27,489 nt of DNA from a virus (IMGVR_UViG_3300026972_000007:1-27489); one strand, 5' to 3'; positions 1 through 9,021 are shown, counted from the stretch's first letter. The notes: generated by a model not told the origin, from the sequence alone. Numbers and translations: made by a program.

Positions 1-110
1 GGGGGAATAAACCCGCCTGCCTCTTGACAGGTTTCTACCCTCCCGCCACCAGTGCGGTCGTAGAAAGCCTTGCTGGTGGTCTGTTTAACAGCCATCAAGA
101 GGGCTTTGAC

Positions 111-422
111 ATGACCAAGCATGACACTGCGGGGAAACCCTCCGCGACCTATCCAATCCCCAAGACGATTACAGATATCGAGGCCGCCTTTGCATCATTG
201 GTGCAGGCTGGCGATCAGGACTTTGACAGTCATCTGATCGAATGGCGCGAAGCACAGTTGCGCAACCTTAGCGCGCTTGATCTGCGTGAGCTTTCAATCA
301 AAATACATTGCCTGTCGGAAATCACCGGCGAATGCGGCGGCCTGACCCCAAAAGGGCAAGAGCTTGTGCATGGCTGGGTGAAATCGATCCGGCGCGATAT
401 TCATAAAATGATGGAGGGGTGA
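111..422 (+). CDS. Small helical phage protein, paralog of 13824..14120
   Basis: ATG at 111 after GAGGG; manual alignment to 13824..14120 gives 31 identities in 91 columns with one gap. Confidence 0.8.
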   Translation: MTKHDTAGKPSATYPIPKTITDIEAAFASLVQAGDQDFDSHLIEWREAQLRNLSALDLRELSIKIHCLSEITGECGGLTPKGQELVHGWVKSIRRDIHKMMEG

Positions 423-425
423 AGG

Positions 426-893
426 ATGAATTTTCGCTGGTTCAAGGAAGAAAAGTGGCCTGCCTGGTTTTGTCCAAAACCTGATGCCGGTCCTTGCCCT
501 GTCGCTTTTCTCGGCGAATATTGGGATGAGTTTTATTTTCTTTCCCCCACAAAGCACTTTGTTCATCTGCATGACAGCGATTTTAAGCAGGCCAAATCGA
601 TCACGCGCATCTTTGATGGTTCTGATGAATGGTTGAGCGTGGCTTTCCCCTGCGGTGCTGGTGGTTCGGCGGCGGGGCCTGTAAGATTCAATCGCCTTCG
701 AGCGCAGGACTGGATCAGAACGAAATCGGTGTCGTTCAGCGAGTTCAACCCGGACAGATATGGTCTGATAGGCCATTGGAAGGAAACGCGCCGCCGGCGT
801 GTGTTTGTGCCTGATGTTCCAGTGACCTCTCTTGAAAATCATGGGGGCAACGTCGTTTCGCTTGGTTCTCGGCGGGACGGTATTGATGGCTGA
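426..893 (+). CDS. Stand-alone homolog of the N-terminal domain of the helicase at 1452..3254
   Basis: Colinear shared motifs AGPCPVxFLG, FY, WLxxAFP, AxDW, FxPD, GxW; starts 3 nt after the upstream stop. Confidence 0.8.
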   Translation: MNFRWFKEEKWPAWFCPKPDAGPCPVAFLGEYWDEFYFLSPTKHFVHLHDSDFKQAKSITRIFDGSDEWLSVAFPCGAGGSAAGPVRFNRLRAQDWIRTKSVSFSEFNPDRYGLIGHWKETRRRRVFVPDVPVTSLENHGGNVVSLGSRRDGIDG

Positions 894-1455
894 TACATCG
901 TTCAAGGTTTTTGCTGCTGCTGCTGTCAGAACGACCGCAGCGCAGGACAGGTGGTTGATCGGGCAGGGTGTTGACCCGGAATGGCTTTATGGCGGTGCAT
1001 CGCGCTATGGTGCGTTGCGGGTTGCTGCCAATGATAACGGGCAATGGTCGCCTGCCGATGAGGGGCAGAACTTCATTGTTGTGCCGGAAAATCCGCTTTC
1101 GGATCCTTGGGACCGGATAAGTCGCGATGTTGGTGACCTTGTCGCCTGTGACCCCCGCGCCCCCGAGAAAATGTTTTCAATCGCAGGATGTCCGATAATC
1201 AACCCTTTTGCGGTCGATTATGCCCGGCATTACGAGATCGATCTAAGGGTGTTTTCCAACCCTGTTGCCTATTTGGTAGGCAAACAGGTGGGCTGCGTGA
1301 TTGCCGATTGGCGGGAAATGACGGCGTTCAAGCTGACAGGCCCGCGAAAAATCGTCTGCGACAGTCTTGAGATCGCCGAGCGGGTTGATGCGTTGTTCGT
1401 CGCGGCCCGTGGCCCTGCTATCCATATTGTGAATACAGAAAGTGAGGCGGCATGA
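886..1455 (+). CDS. Hypothetical replication-module protein, possibly a degenerate primase/TOPRIM fold
   Basis: ATG at 886 overlaps the upstream stop; ATGA coupling to the helicase; LRVFSNPVAYL...GCVI...IVCDS pattern. Confidence 0.65.
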   Translation: MADTSFKVFAAAAVRTTAAQDRWLIGQGVDPEWLYGGASRYGALRVAANDNGQWSPADEGQNFIVVPENPLSDPWDRISRDVGDLVACDPRAPEKMFSIAGCPIINPFAVDYARHYEIDLRVFSNPVAYLVGKQVGCVIADWREMTAFKLTGPRKIVCDSLEIAERVDALFVAARGPAIHIVNTESEAA

Positions 1456-3254
1456 GTGATAACACAGTGCCGCTTAATCAAGCGCGGCGAAAGCAGCCAG
1501 CCAACGAAAACACGCCGGTCCATGTTCATGAAATGGGGGAAAGCAAGCCGGGTGTCCGGCAGCCGAGCTTTAGCGCCGGCCCTTGCCCTGTAAGGTTCTT
1601 GGGGGTGAACAAGGGTGTGTTTTATGTGATCAATGCAAATGGGGAGTTGGACGATGTAAAGCGTTCGCAGATCGGCAGTCGGTCTGTTCTAAAATCGCTT
1701 TTTGGTGAGCAGAATGATTGGCTCGATGAAGCCTTTCCCAAGCTGGACAAGGACGGGGAAGTTTCGAACCGGCCTGTCATGCAGGTCAATGATGCCAGTG
1801 ACTGGGTCATTGCCGAGTGTTCGAAGATGGGACTGTTTCAACCAGATATGGTCCGTGGTCGGGGTGTTTGGCGTGATATCAAGGGCGGGCTGATTGTTCA
1901 TTGTGGCGACGTTTTGTACCTGTCATCTGGCAAGGAAATGATCCGCGCTGGTGAAATCCTTGATGATGGATGGGTTTACCCGGCACGGAGCCCGGTTCCC
2001 AAAGGTTTGCGGCCTGATCTGGACAACCCTGCCTCAGCCGAAAATATGAAGGTCGTCAAAGAGCATGTGGAAAGTTGGCGGTTCTCATCGATATCTGATC
2101 CGGTGGTCTGCCTTGGGATAATGGGCCTGATTTGCCTCACGGGGGCATTGGAAAAGCGCCCGACATTGTGGCTTTGCGGGCCTGCTGGGGCTGGTAAATC
2201 GAGCTTGCTGGACTTCATGACTTTGCCGATCGGGGGCGAGAGGGCAGCGGAAAAAACGTCGGACGCCACGGCGGCTTATGTGCGTGGTATGCTCGATGGT
2301 GCTGCTTTGCCAATCTTCATGGATGAAATGGAGCCGGAATCTGGCAAGGCCGAGGCAGCTACGGCTTTGGCGCGCCTGGCGTTCTCCAATGATCAGGGCG
2401 GTGTTGGTCGTTCCAGCGCATCGCAAGAAACGACATTACAGCATATCATTGCACAGTTCGTCTTTAGCTCAATCAAGCATCCTGAGCCTGGCCCGCAGGA
2501 TGAGCAGCGTATCCACTTTGTAACATTGCGCGAGCGTGTCGCGTCTCAGGATGAAACCGACAGGTTTCGAGATCGGCGCGAGCGTCTCAAGGCGTTGGGG
2601 CCACGGATATGGGCGCGGATGATCCTTGGTTATGGTCGTTTCCGGACCAACCTTTCAGTGTTTGAAAGTGTTCTTGGCGGGGCAACCTATACAGCGCGTC
2701 TTGTGGACAGGATGGCGCCGGTTTTGGCGGCTTACGAAACCTTGATGCATGATGAGGTTATCGCGTCCGGTGTTGCGCGCGACATGATCAGTGTTTTGGG
2801 TCTAGAGGAGGCCCCCAAGATGGATACCGAGTTTGATCAGTGTTTGCGACGGTTGCTGACATCAAAGGTGGAGATATACCGGGGTGGAGCAAGGCCGACC
2901 ATTGGGCAGTTGCTTGAGGCGGTTATCAGTGATCGATCATCGGAGGATGAAGGTATTCCTGATTTGAAGTATTTGGCTGAAAAGTTCTTGCCTTCGATAG
3001 GTATAAAGCTGATGCGCAAAGACCGGTCGTCATTTGCCCCGTGGTCGCATTTTGCCATCGCCAGCAATCATGAGCAGCTAAACATCATCTATCGCGGCAG
3101 CAAGTGGGAAAAGGGCGTGTACCGGCAGCCTTTCGGGTGCCTTGAGGGGGCCGTCCCCGATAAGGTGGTTAAGTTCGGAGGTTCAGCGTGCCGGGCCACG
3201 GTCGTGCCGATTGAGTATGTGGTATCGACGACACATGATGGTGACGACATCTAA
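1452..3254 (+). CDS. Phage replicative helicase/initiator, P-loop AAA+ ATPase (DUF927/Cch-like architecture inferred)
   Basis: 600 aa; Walker A GPAGAGKS, Walker B IFMDE; immediately upstream of an iteron array. Confidence 0.85.
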   Translation: MSDNTVPLNQARRKQPANENTPVHVHEMGESKPGVRQPSFSAGPCPVRFLGVNKGVFYVINANGELDDVKRSQIGSRSVLKSLFGEQNDWLDEAFPKLDKDGEVSNRPVMQVNDASDWVIAECSKMGLFQPDMVRGRGVWRDIKGGLIVHCGDVLYLSSGKEMIRAGEILDDGWVYPARSPVPKGLRPDLDNPASAENMKVVKEHVESWRFSSISDPVVCLGIMGLICLTGALEKRPTLWLCGPAGAGKSSLLDFMTLPIGGERAAEKTSDATAAYVRGMLDGAALPIFMDEMEPESGKAEAATALARLAFSNDQGGVGRSSASQETTLQHIIAQFVFSSIKHPEPGPQDEQRIHFVTLRERVASQDETDRFRDRRERLKALGPRIWARMILGYGRFRTNLSVFESVLGGATYTARLVDRMAPVLAAYETLMHDEVIASGVARDMISVLGLEEAPKMDTEFDQCLRRLLTSKVEIYRGGARPTIGQLLEAVISDRSSEDEGIPDLKYLAEKFLPSIGIKLMRKDRSSFAPWSHFAIASNHEQLNIIYRGSKWEKGVYRQPFGCLEGAVPDKVVKFGGSACRATVVPIEYVVSTTHDGDDI

Positions 3255-3377
3255 GCGAACTTTCTTCCCCCGCGGCCCAATCATTGATTTTGTTGCGCAG
3301 TAATGATGTGTCCTGATTGATAGGTTTGGTCGATGGTATTGGTGGATTTGATAGTTTTTACCATGATTTTCGGTGCT

Positions 3378-3650
3378 GGTTACATCGGAGTTACAGCAAG
3401 TTACATCCGTTTTGTAACCAGTGTTTTGTTGTTTTTCAATTGGTTACGAGGAAAATTCGGGGAAGTTACGTGGTTACAACATTTTTCGGGAAAATATACT
3501 AGATGTGTGTATGCGCGCGTAAGATACGCGCAAATCGTGTAACCATGTAACCTGTAACCTGTAACCTGTAATAAGATATTGATATTATTAAAGAAAGTTA
3601 CGAAAAATCTGGTTACAAATGCCTGTAACCAGCTGTAACCAGCTGTAACC
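3378..3650. repeat. Putative replication origin: symmetric GTTAC/GTAAC iteron array with AT-rich segments
   Basis: GTTAC at 3379, 3390, 3400, 3443, 3465, 3473, 3597, 3612; GTAAC at 3414, 3539, 3547, 3554, 3561, 3625, 3635, 3645; AT-rich tracts near 3421-3440 and 3568-3600. Confidence 0.8.
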
Positions 3651-3667
3651 GGCTCGAGGAGGTTTTG

Positions 3668-4036
3668 ATGTTCGCAGCTATCGGTTCGCATTCCGAGCAG
3701 GCTATCGCAGATGAAATCGTTGATCTGTTTGCCGTTGTTCATGAGGAGCGTGAGAGGTTGTCTTTGAGCGCTGATCAGGCTGGTGGCCTGTTTCTGGCAT
3801 CTGCATTGGCAAATCAGCCGCTAAAGAAGCCTTCTATGTCGATCGCCGAGAAAGCGCGGAAGTCACCGGTGCAAGAGGCAGCGAAGTGGGCTGTGCGGTG
3901 TGTCGGCTATCAGCTACATGACAAAGGCGGCATTGATTTGATGATGCGCGTATCGGACTTGGTGACAGAGGCGTCGCCAAGGGCAGCGAGTTGGCTGGAT
4001 CACAGGTGGAATGGCATTGGTAATTGGATGTCCTGA
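3668..4036 (+). CDS. Hypothetical phage protein
   Basis: Strong RBS GAGGAGG at 3656-3662; 122 aa; C-terminal GGxxLM...LDHRWNGIGNW. Confidence 0.75.
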   Translation: MFAAIGSHSEQAIADEIVDLFAVVHEERERLSLSADQAGGLFLASALANQPLKKPSMSIAEKARKSPVQEAAKWAVRCVGYQLHDKGGIDLMMRVSDLVTEASPRAASWLDHRWNGIGNWMS

Positions 4037-4054
4037 TCAGGAAAGGGTGAAGCG

Positions 4055-4642
4055 ATGGCTAAACAGGATGTAATGGATATCTGGTCGGCCCTGCAATGGG
4101 TGGTTCGGGACCAGAAGGCAGATCAAGCGTTTGGAAATCCTTTGATGATGGGAGATGCCCGACCTTTGGGCAGTATCACGGGCAGGATGGTGGATGCTTT
4201 GGAATACGGCGTCGAGATATCAGGGTCGCATGGTTCGATGCCGGACCTTGACCCGGATGCCGAACTGATCTGGCTGGGTGTTGAAATGCTGTTTGATCAA
4301 TGGCGCAAAGGTGATCTTGCGGGTGAGATTGGTGCGAATATTCCGGTTCAGATGCAGCGTTGTTTGAAGAAATGGCAGTTGCATCCTGTCGTCGAGATGG
4401 TGAACTGCGCGCGTCGTGGTGATATGCCCGACTGGGTTCCGGGTGGTTGGCTGAACGATTCGGGGCTTACGCGTCGAGAAGTTGAGGAATGTCGCCTGAA
4501 TTACCTGATGGTCTGGGACATGTTGGCTGTTTTGTGCAAGAGGTTGCAGGGCAGTGATCGGTTGGGCATAGTGCTTGAAATGCCCAGTATTCCGCGCTCT
4601 CCATGGAATCTGCGAAAGAAAATGAAAAAAGATATTGACTAA
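4055..4642 (+). CDS. Putative late-gene regulator (activator/antiterminator by position)
   Basis: 195 aa; last gene before a promoter-terminator pair and the HNH/terminase genes; function inferred from synteny only. Confidence 0.6.
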   Translation: MAKQDVMDIWSALQWVVRDQKADQAFGNPLMMGDARPLGSITGRMVDALEYGVEISGSHGSMPDLDPDAELIWLGVEMLFDQWRKGDLAGEIGANIPVQMQRCLKKWQLHPVVEMVNCARRGDMPDWVPGGWLNDSGLTRREVEECRLNYLMVWDMLAVLCKRLQGSDRLGIVLEMPSIPRSPWNLRKKMKKDID

Positions 4643-4664
4643 ATTCCGGGGCTGTGGGTACATA
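4635..4664 (+). promoter_or_regulatory. Candidate late promoter
   Basis: TTGACT at 4635-4640 and TACATA at 4659-4664 (18-bp spacer), directly upstream of a terminator. Confidence 0.4.
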
Positions 4665-4685
4665 AAACCGTTCCGGGAACAAATT

Positions 4686-4722
4686 GCGCCTGCCGCTCAC
4701 CAGCGGCGGGCGTTTTCTGTTT
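4686..4722 (+). terminator. Intrinsic terminator (tR'-like position)
   Basis: Stem GCGCCTGCCGCT / AGCGGCGGGCGT with CACC loop, followed by TTTCTGTTT. Confidence 0.75.
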
Positions 4723-4902
4723 CTGGGCTTGCTACCGGATGTTCCTTGCGGTTGATGATGCTGGCTTGGTTTCCTGATAGCTTCCTCCCTCAATCTGACA
4801 TGATTGCACTCGCCGCGATGTTCCCTATGCCTGACTATCCAGCTCATGCTGGTGTGGATGATGGCGGCTGGGACATCGCCGCAGTCTTTTGGTGGTGATG
4901 TG

Positions 4903-5286
4903 ATGCCGAACCTGCCGACAAAGCCATGCGCTGTCGCCCGGTGCGGCACGCTGACCAGGGAGCGATACTGCGAGAAGCATCAAGCCGAACACCGCAAGCG
5001 ACAGGACGAACGGCGCGGAACCGCAGCCAAGCGTGGCTATGGTTCCAAGTGGCAGAAGGCGCGCAAGACGCATCTGGCAAAAAATCCGCTGTGCGTTCAT
5101 TGCCTTGCCAAAGGATTTGTGGTCGCAGCAACGGTGGTTGACCATCGCATCCCGCACAAAGGTGACCAGAAGCTATTCTGGGACACGAGCAACTGGGATT
5201 CATGCTGCAAGACCTGTCACGATACTAAGACCGCCAAGTATGACGGTGGGTTCGGTCACCCGGTAAAAAGCAGGCCAAGCCATTGA
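4903..5286 (+). CDS. HNH endonuclease, terminase-associated (HK97 gp74-like)
   Basis: RGYGSKWQKAR, PLCVHC, VVDHRIPHKGD, NWDSCCKTCHDTKT; upstream of terS. Confidence 0.92.
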   Translation: MPNLPTKPCAVARCGTLTRERYCEKHQAEHRKRQDERRGTAAKRGYGSKWQKARKTHLAKNPLCVHCLAKGFVVAATVVDHRIPHKGDQKLFWDTSNWDSCCKTCHDTKTAKYDGGFGHPVKSRPSH

Positions 5287-5329
5287 TAGATATGGCGTAA
5301 GGCAACGAGTTCTGGGATAGGAATTGGTT

Positions 5330-5355
5330 GTTCTTTTAATGTTCCGGCAGGGTTC
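5330..5355. promoter_or_regulatory. Tandem alphaproteobacterial LexA-box-like motif GTTC-N7-GTTC-N7-GTTC
   Basis: GTTC at 5330, 5341 and 5352 (11-bp period), intergenic between HNH and terS. Confidence 0.5.
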
Positions 5356-5371
5356 TGTTTTGTTCTCGTTC

Positions 5372-5452
5372 GGGGAGGGGGAGGGTTCAATCTCTGCGCT
5401 CCAGAAGCCACAGACCGGGTTCGAGGTCACGTGTTCATGGGCGAGAAATTGA
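5372..5452 (+). other. Candidate cos packaging region
   Basis: G-rich tract GGGGAGGGGGAGGG then TCAATCTCTG...GACCG...GAGAAATT between HNH and terS, the usual position and look of cos in HK97-like phages; exact cut site not determinable. Confidence 0.55.
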
Positions 5453-5496
5453 AAAGAGAAAACCCAAGGAATAAAACCCTATGGTGAGGTGAAGCC

Positions 5497-6024
5497 ATGG
5501 CACGGGGACGCAAGCCTGATCTGCCAAGCAATGTTGTTCGCTTGACACAGGACGGCAAAGAGCCGGGCCAGCAGACTCAGGACGCAGCGGAACTTTCCGC
5601 AGAGCTAAAGCCTCGCGGGCTATCGAAGGACGTTGCAAAGGTTTGGGATTCGGTCGCGCCGGTTCTGGCGGAAAAGCATCGGCTTGATCCCGTGTTTGTT
5701 GTGGCGCTGGTCGAGCTTTGCGAATGCATCGCCGAGCTGAATGATTACCGCGCGCTGTTTCGCAGCAAGGTGAAGATCACCGACGCCAACGGCAAGCAGC
5801 GCACCGAGGTTTACGGCAAAACCTACGAGGTTGATGGCCGCAACGGCAACCAGATCAAGACCCGCCCGGAGGTCGCGCAGTTCAATGAAACCCGCCGGAC
5901 CATGTTGCGCCTGATCGCTGAATTTGGCATGACGCCATCTGCTTCGCGATCGTTGGCGTCGGCGGCAGGTCAGGGTGATTTGTTCGATGACTTCGACGAC
6001 TTCGCATCCGCAAGGGGCACGTAA
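5497..6024 (+). CDS. terS: Terminase small subunit (P27 family)
   Basis: MARGRKP start, KTRPEV, EFGMTPSAS motifs; precedes terL. Confidence 0.9.
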   Translation: MARGRKPDLPSNVVRLTQDGKEPGQQTQDAAELSAELKPRGLSKDVAKVWDSVAPVLAEKHRLDPVFVVALVELCECIAELNDYRALFRSKVKITDANGKQRTEVYGKTYEVDGRNGNQIKTRPEVAQFNETRRTMLRLIAEFGMTPSASRSLASAAGQGDLFDDFDDFASARGT

Positions 6025-7780
6025 AAAGCATCGCCCGGTCACCAGAAAGGATCTGGCAAAGAAAGTACCCGAGGCGATCCTTGGGCATGTCAGCACGGTC
6101 TACGCCCTCGACATTGTCGAGGGCAAGAAGCCAGCCTGCAAGAAACGCATCGCCGCCTGTCAGCGCCAGCTTGATGATCTGGTGCATGGCGAAAAGCGCG
6201 GGTTGGTGTTTTCGATCCCGCGTGCTGATCACGCGATGCAGTTCTTTGGCTACCTGCGCCATTCAAAGGGGCAGTGGGGCGGCCAACCTTTTGTGCTTGC
6301 CGATTGGCAGGCGTTCTGCACATCGGTCATCTTCGGATGGCTGACAGCCGAAACGCTGACCCGCCGGTTTACATACGTCTATGTCGAGGTGCCGAGGAAA
6401 AACGGCAAGTCAACATGGCTGGCCCCGATCGGGCTTTACATGCTGATGGCTGATGGCGAGCCGGGGGCAGAGGTTTACACCGCTGCGACCAAGGCCGATC
6501 AGGCCAAGATTATCTTTCAGGAAGCTGATCGCATGGTTGCGACCAGCCCGGCACTGCGCCGCCGCGTCAAGCGGATGGCGCGGCACATGGAACATCCGAA
6601 AAGCTTTTCGGAACTGAAATACATCTCGGCAGATGCCAAGAAACTTGATGGCCTTAATAGTCATTGCAACCTGGTTGATGAAGTGCATGCCCACCCGGAC
6701 GGTCAATTGATCGAGGTGCTTAAAACCGGGATGGGCGCACGTCGCCAGCCATTGCATGTCGAGATCACAACGGCGGGCACAAACCCGTATTCGATCTGTC
6801 GTCAGCATCATGATTACACCGTCAACGTTTTGAACGGTGTGTTTGAGGATGACACTTGGTTCGGGTTCATTTGTTCGATCGATGATGGCGATGACCCGTT
6901 TGATGAAGTGTCATGGGCAAAGGCCAACCCGAACTATGGAGTTTCGGTTCTGCCCGAGGCGCTGCGCAAGGTATCGATCGAGGCCAAGAACAACCCGGCA
7001 TCGCTTTCCGGGTTCAAGCGGCTTCGCCTGAATGTCTGGTCGCAGACATCGGAAATCTGGCTGGACATCGACAAATGGCGCGGTTGTGAAATCGTCATTG
7101 ATCGCGAAAGCATGCGGGGCCGCAAGTGCTATGTTGGGCTTGATCTTTCATCGGTCAGCGATATCACCGCTGCGGTGTTGGTCTTCCCGCCTGTCGATCC
7201 GGGGGAGCCTGTAAAGGTTCTGCCATTCTTCTGGGTGCCAAAGGCGACGATCGAGAAACGCGCCGCCGACAAGGCCGTGCCGTATGACCAATGGTTGATG
7301 CAGGGGCTTATCCGCGAAACGGACGGGTCGGCAACCGACTATGACGCGATTGAAAGTTTCCTGATTGGCAACGAAACGCTTGGCGTTTCTGGTCTGGTTG
7401 ATGAATTCGAAATCGCCGAGGTCTGCTATGACCGCATGTTCGCCGGTCAGATTATCCAGCATCTTGAGGATGCCGGTTTGGTCTGCGTTTCCTGTGGACA
7501 GGGGTTTTATGGCATGGCAGCACCGTGCCGAGAGCTTGAGCGCCTGGTGCTTGATCAGGGCATTGCCCACGATGGCAACCCGGTCATGGACTGGATGATA
7601 TCAAACACATCCGTCAAGCAGGATGACGCCGAAAACAAAAAGCCGATCAAACCCGATACGCGCAAGGATATGCGCAAGATCGATGGGGTGGTGGCGATGT
7701 TGATGGCGATTGGCCGGATGATTTCGGCAGAGGAAGATCAAGTCGTAACAGTCGATTCAATATTCGGTGGTGTCGCATGA
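5987..7780 (+). CDS. terL: Terminase large subunit
   Basis: Walker A VPRKNGKS, Walker B LVDEVH, ITTAG, nuclease motifs GLDLS and KIDGVVA. Confidence 0.97.
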   Translation: MTSTTSHPQGARKKHRPVTRKDLAKKVPEAILGHVSTVYALDIVEGKKPACKKRIAACQRQLDDLVHGEKRGLVFSIPRADHAMQFFGYLRHSKGQWGGQPFVLADWQAFCTSVIFGWLTAETLTRRFTYVYVEVPRKNGKSTWLAPIGLYMLMADGEPGAEVYTAATKADQAKIIFQEADRMVATSPALRRRVKRMARHMEHPKSFSELKYISADAKKLDGLNSHCNLVDEVHAHPDGQLIEVLKTGMGARRQPLHVEITTAGTNPYSICRQHHDYTVNVLNGVFEDDTWFGFICSIDDGDDPFDEVSWAKANPNYGVSVLPEALRKVSIEAKNNPASLSGFKRLRLNVWSQTSEIWLDIDKWRGCEIVIDRESMRGRKCYVGLDLSSVSDITAAVLVFPPVDPGEPVKVLPFFWVPKATIEKRAADKAVPYDQWLMQGLIRETDGSATDYDAIESFLIGNETLGVSGLVDEFEIAEVCYDRMFAGQIIQHLEDAGLVCVSCGQGFYGMAAPCRELERLVLDQGIAHDGNPVMDWMISNTSVKQDDAENKKPIKPDTRKDMRKIDGVVAMLMAIGRMISAEEDQVVTVDSIFGGVA

Positions 7781-9021
7781 ACCTGCGCAAAAGAATGTTC
7801 GGCTGGATGACGCGCGCCCAGACAAGCGAACAGGAAATCAACACGCGCCTGTGGCGCAACGAACCGTTTCTGAACCTCAACACATCCGCACCCATCAGCC
7901 ATCACACGGTGTATTCCTGCATCAACGTGATTGCCGAGGGGTGCGCGATGCTGCCTTTTGTGCTGTATCGCAAACAGGATGGATCGCGGGTCGAGGCGAT
8001 TGACCACCCTTTGTATGACCTGCTGCAATACAGCCCGAACCCGCATATGACGGCGTTTCAGTATTTGCAGATGTTGTTCTTTGACAAGCTGAACTATGGC
8101 GATCACTTCGCGCTTAAGGTGTTCGATGAACAGGGCCGCATCGCGGAGCTGTACCCGATCGAATATGCGCGCGTCATGCCGTTCTGGTATCTGGAAGCCG
8201 AAACCGGATTGCGCCGGCGGGCCTATCGCGTGACGGGCTATAACGGCCTGCAGGCGATCTTTCTAGAAGATGAAATCTTTCATCTGCAGTTCAAGCCGAT
8301 CACGAAGGGTGACAATTACGGCCTGCGCGGTGCGTCGGTCTGGTCTGCCTATCAGGCGGAAACGCTTGGTGTAGCCCAGAAGGCCGAGGAATTTGTATCA
8401 GGTGGCCTGTCCAATGGCGTGAATATGTCAGGGCATGTTTCTGTTGATGCGCCTCTGACTGACGAAATAACCAAGCAGATCAAGAAGCAAATCGCCCGCG
8501 AATATAGCGGTGCGGACAAGAATGGTGTCGTCGGTGTCTTTGGCAACGGGGCCAAGTTCTACCCGCACAGCCAAACCAACAAGGACGGGCAGATTCTTGA
8601 AACCCGCAAATATGACCGGTCGATCATTGCCGGGATCTTGCGTGTATCTGCACACCTGATCAACGATCTGGAAAAGGCGACGTTTTCGAACGTCGAACAT
8701 CTTGACCTTGCGCATTACAAGCACTGCCTTCTGCCGCATCTGATTGATCTGGAGCAGACCGCGCGCAAGGATTTGCTGACCGATTCCGAGCGCGGCCAAT
8801 ACGTGCTTGGTCATGATGACAGCCTGTTGCTGCGCGGTGATCAAAAGTCCTTTGCCGAGGTCTTGGAAAAGGCCGTTCAAAACGGGCAGATGACCCCGAA
8901 CGAGGCGCGCGCCAAACGGGGTCTTCCGCCGCTTCCGGGTGGTGACCAGTTGTTTATCAACAGCGCAAGCATTCCGATTGAAATGGCCGGACAGAACAAG
9001 GGGCAAGCCAATGACGCTTGA
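7777..9021 (+). CDS. Portal protein, HK97 family
   Basis: VYSCINVIAE, PNPHMT, ATFSNVE, LLRGD, MTPNEAR..GLPPLPGGD. Confidence 0.96.
   Translation: MNLRKRMFGWMTRAQTSEQEINTRLWRNEPFLNLNTSAPISHHTVYSCINVIAEGCAMLPFVLYRKQDGSRVEAIDHPLYDLLQYSPNPHMTAFQYLQMLFFDKLNYGDHFALKVFDEQGRIAELYPIEYARVMPFWYLEAETGLRRRAYRVTGYNGLQAIFLEDEIFHLQFKPITKGDNYGLRGASVWSAYQAETLGVAQKAEEFVSGGLSNGVNMSGHVSVDAPLTDEITKQIKKQIAREYSGADKNGVVGVFGNGAKFYPHSQTNKDGQILETRKYDRSIIAGILRVSAHLINDLEKATFSNVEHLDLAHYKHCLLPHLIDLEQTARKDLLTDSERGQYVLGHDDSLLLRGDQKSFAEVLEKAVQNGQMTPNEARAKRGLPPLPGGDQLFINSASIPIEMAGQNKGQANDA

Noticed and set aside
3378-3650. CRISPR array interpretation of the repeats
   Set aside because: Repeats are 5-10 bp, in both orientations, with no 30-40 bp unique spacers and no cas genes
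3317-3742. ORFs 3317..3502, 3333..3542 and 3401..3742
   Set aside because: They run through the iteron array; their VT/GY/LQ repeats are translations of GTTAC/GTAAC
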